Origin: an uncultured Verrucomicrobiae bacterium
GTDB lineage: Bacteria; Verrucomicrobiota; Verrucomicrobiia; Limisphaerales; Palsa-1400
Assembly (NCBI GenBank): GCA_963707025.1
Contig: CAVPOM010000005.1
Span: 128,001-192,000 of the forward strand
Direction of reading: 5' to 3'
Length of the DNA stretch: 64,000 nucleotides
Position numbers and translations under genes: made by a program. The notes below the pieces were generated by a model, which saw only the letters and a list, made by a program, of their open reading frames with translations, was not told the DNA's origin and did no database searches. This document shows, one piece after another, positions 62,888 to 64,000 of the stretch; position 1 is the stretch's first letter; each line of letters begins with the position of its first letter.

Positions 62888-64000
62888 TCAGCCTGACGCA
62901 CCGCCCTGGCGCGCCTGGACGAGCGCGCGAAAGCGGTGGCCGAGGTGCTCGGGATGGGTCAGGGTTTGAAATTGCCGAACCCGCGCGGGGGTCCATTCCT
63001 CAAAACCCGCCCCGTCCGCCAGGCTGCGCTGAAAGATTTCCGTCAGGAATTTGGCTTGCCGGACCACGCCCTCCGTGCGCAATCCGGCCGCCTCCCCCGC
63101 TTGCCGAAGGACAGAGAAATTGACGTGCGCGGTGATGTCCTGCTCGCCGGGGTTGGCCAGGATGTTCCCGGAAATTTGTTGCCCGGCGAAGGCGCGCAGG
63201 GTTCCGCGGGCGCGCCCGGGGTCGAGCCATTCCTCCCCGTCCAGCCCGTAGTCCAGCGTCAGGAGCTTGCCGCAATCCAGGCTGGCCGCGGCGCGCCTCC
63301 ACCATTGCGTGGCCGCCGGGGAAAGCTCGATGACAAATCCGTCGGGCAACACCGATTCCACTGCGGCGGGAAGGTCCGGCAGACAGGCCGCCGCTTCCCT
63401 TGACATCGGCCCCTTTTGCCAGACGAAGCCGTTCCCGCCGCAATTCACCCGCCATTCCAGCCACTTTTTCCCGGCGGTGTCCCGGCACAAACGATGCACC
63501 GGCATGGCGTCGAGCAATTCGTTGGAAAAAATGACGCCGCGCACCCGGCGCGCACCCGGTTGGCCAAAGTCGCCCGCCCATTGCACGTTGGCGAATTCGT
63601 TCCCCAGTTTTTCCTCCTGCCAGGCGCGGCGGACGGGCGACGGCTCGATCAGCCGGTATTCCAGGCGCGCGAAAATATCCGGGCGGCGCCGGCGCAACCA
63701 GCGCAAAACATCCAGCGCCAGCCGGCCGTCGTGAGCGCCCGCTTCCACAATTTGCCATTGGGCGGGCGGGGGTGGCGGCGGGATTTTCTCCAGCCATCGG
63801 GCGAATTGCCACGCCAGCAATTGGCCAAAGACCGGGCCGACGCTGACGCTGGTGAAAAAATCGCCGCGCCGGCCAATTTCCCGCGGCCGTTCGTAATAAC
63901 CGCAACCCGGCGCATAGAGCGCCCATTCCATGAAGCGGGCGAACGAGACCGGCCCGCTCCGGGCGATCTCCTCCCGAAGGTCACAGCCGGGTGGCGGCAT
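62888..64000 (-). CDS. SAM-dependent methyltransferase, MidA/NDUFAF7 family (start may lie outside the window)
   Basis: FARFMEWALY, GDFFTS, EAGAHDG, SNELLDAMP, DYG, PGEQDITAHVNF. Confidence 0.88.
   Translation of the reverse strand: MPPPGCDLREEIARSGPVSFARFMEWALYAPGCGYYERPREIGRRGDFFTSVSVGPVFGQLLAWQFARWLEKIPPPPPPAQWQIVEAGAHDGRLALDVLRWLRRRRPDIFARLEYRLIEPSPVRRAWQEEKLGNEFANVQWAGDFGQPGARRVRGVIFSNELLDAMPVHRLCRDTAGKKWLEWRVNCGGNGFVWQKGPMSREAAACLPDLPAAVESVLPDGFVIELSPAATQWWRRAAASLDCGKLLTLDYGLDGEEWLDPGRARGTLRAFAGQQISGNILANPGEQDITAHVNFSVLRQAGEAAGLRTEGVVRQAKFLTEIFQRSLADGAGFEEWTPARVRQFQTLTHPEHLGHRFRALVQARQGGASG

Overview
The window has two parts. (1) About 1-49.8 kb is an accessory, island-like region ending at a tRNA-Ala(CGC) gene (49848-49923, minus) with an adjacent tyrosine integrase. 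It contains a tightly coupled 9-gene biosynthetic-looking operon (NTF2-like protein, beta-helix membrane protein, amidohydrolase, 3 radical SAM enzymes, 2 GNAT-like proteins, GH3 amido-synthetase) and a 30-repeat CRISPR array split by an IS1182 element. It also holds a cas operon, RecD2, a cluster of small hypothetical genes, a 2224-aa secreted repeat metalloprotease, transposon and defence-gene relics, and a second integrase module. (2) About 50-64 kb is GC-richer housekeeping DNA: mutT-like, TPR protein, folB, an ABC/HflKC/P1B-ATPase operon, a PDZ protein and a MidA-like methyltransferase. The most notable feature is a chimeric CRISPR-Cas locus. A type I-B interference module (cas8b-cas7-cas5-cas3) is joined to type I-G parts: a stand-alone C-terminal (Cas6-like) half of Csb2, a cas4/cas1 fusion, cas2 and I-G-type repeats. 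A 9-repeat Myb/HTH-like protein is embedded in the same operon. Protein and repeat styles suggest a Verrucomicrobiota genome (inference). Many genes carry single-base frameshifts that look like long-read consensus errors, so several coordinates are reconstructed by eye. All family assignments come from motif recognition, not database searches.
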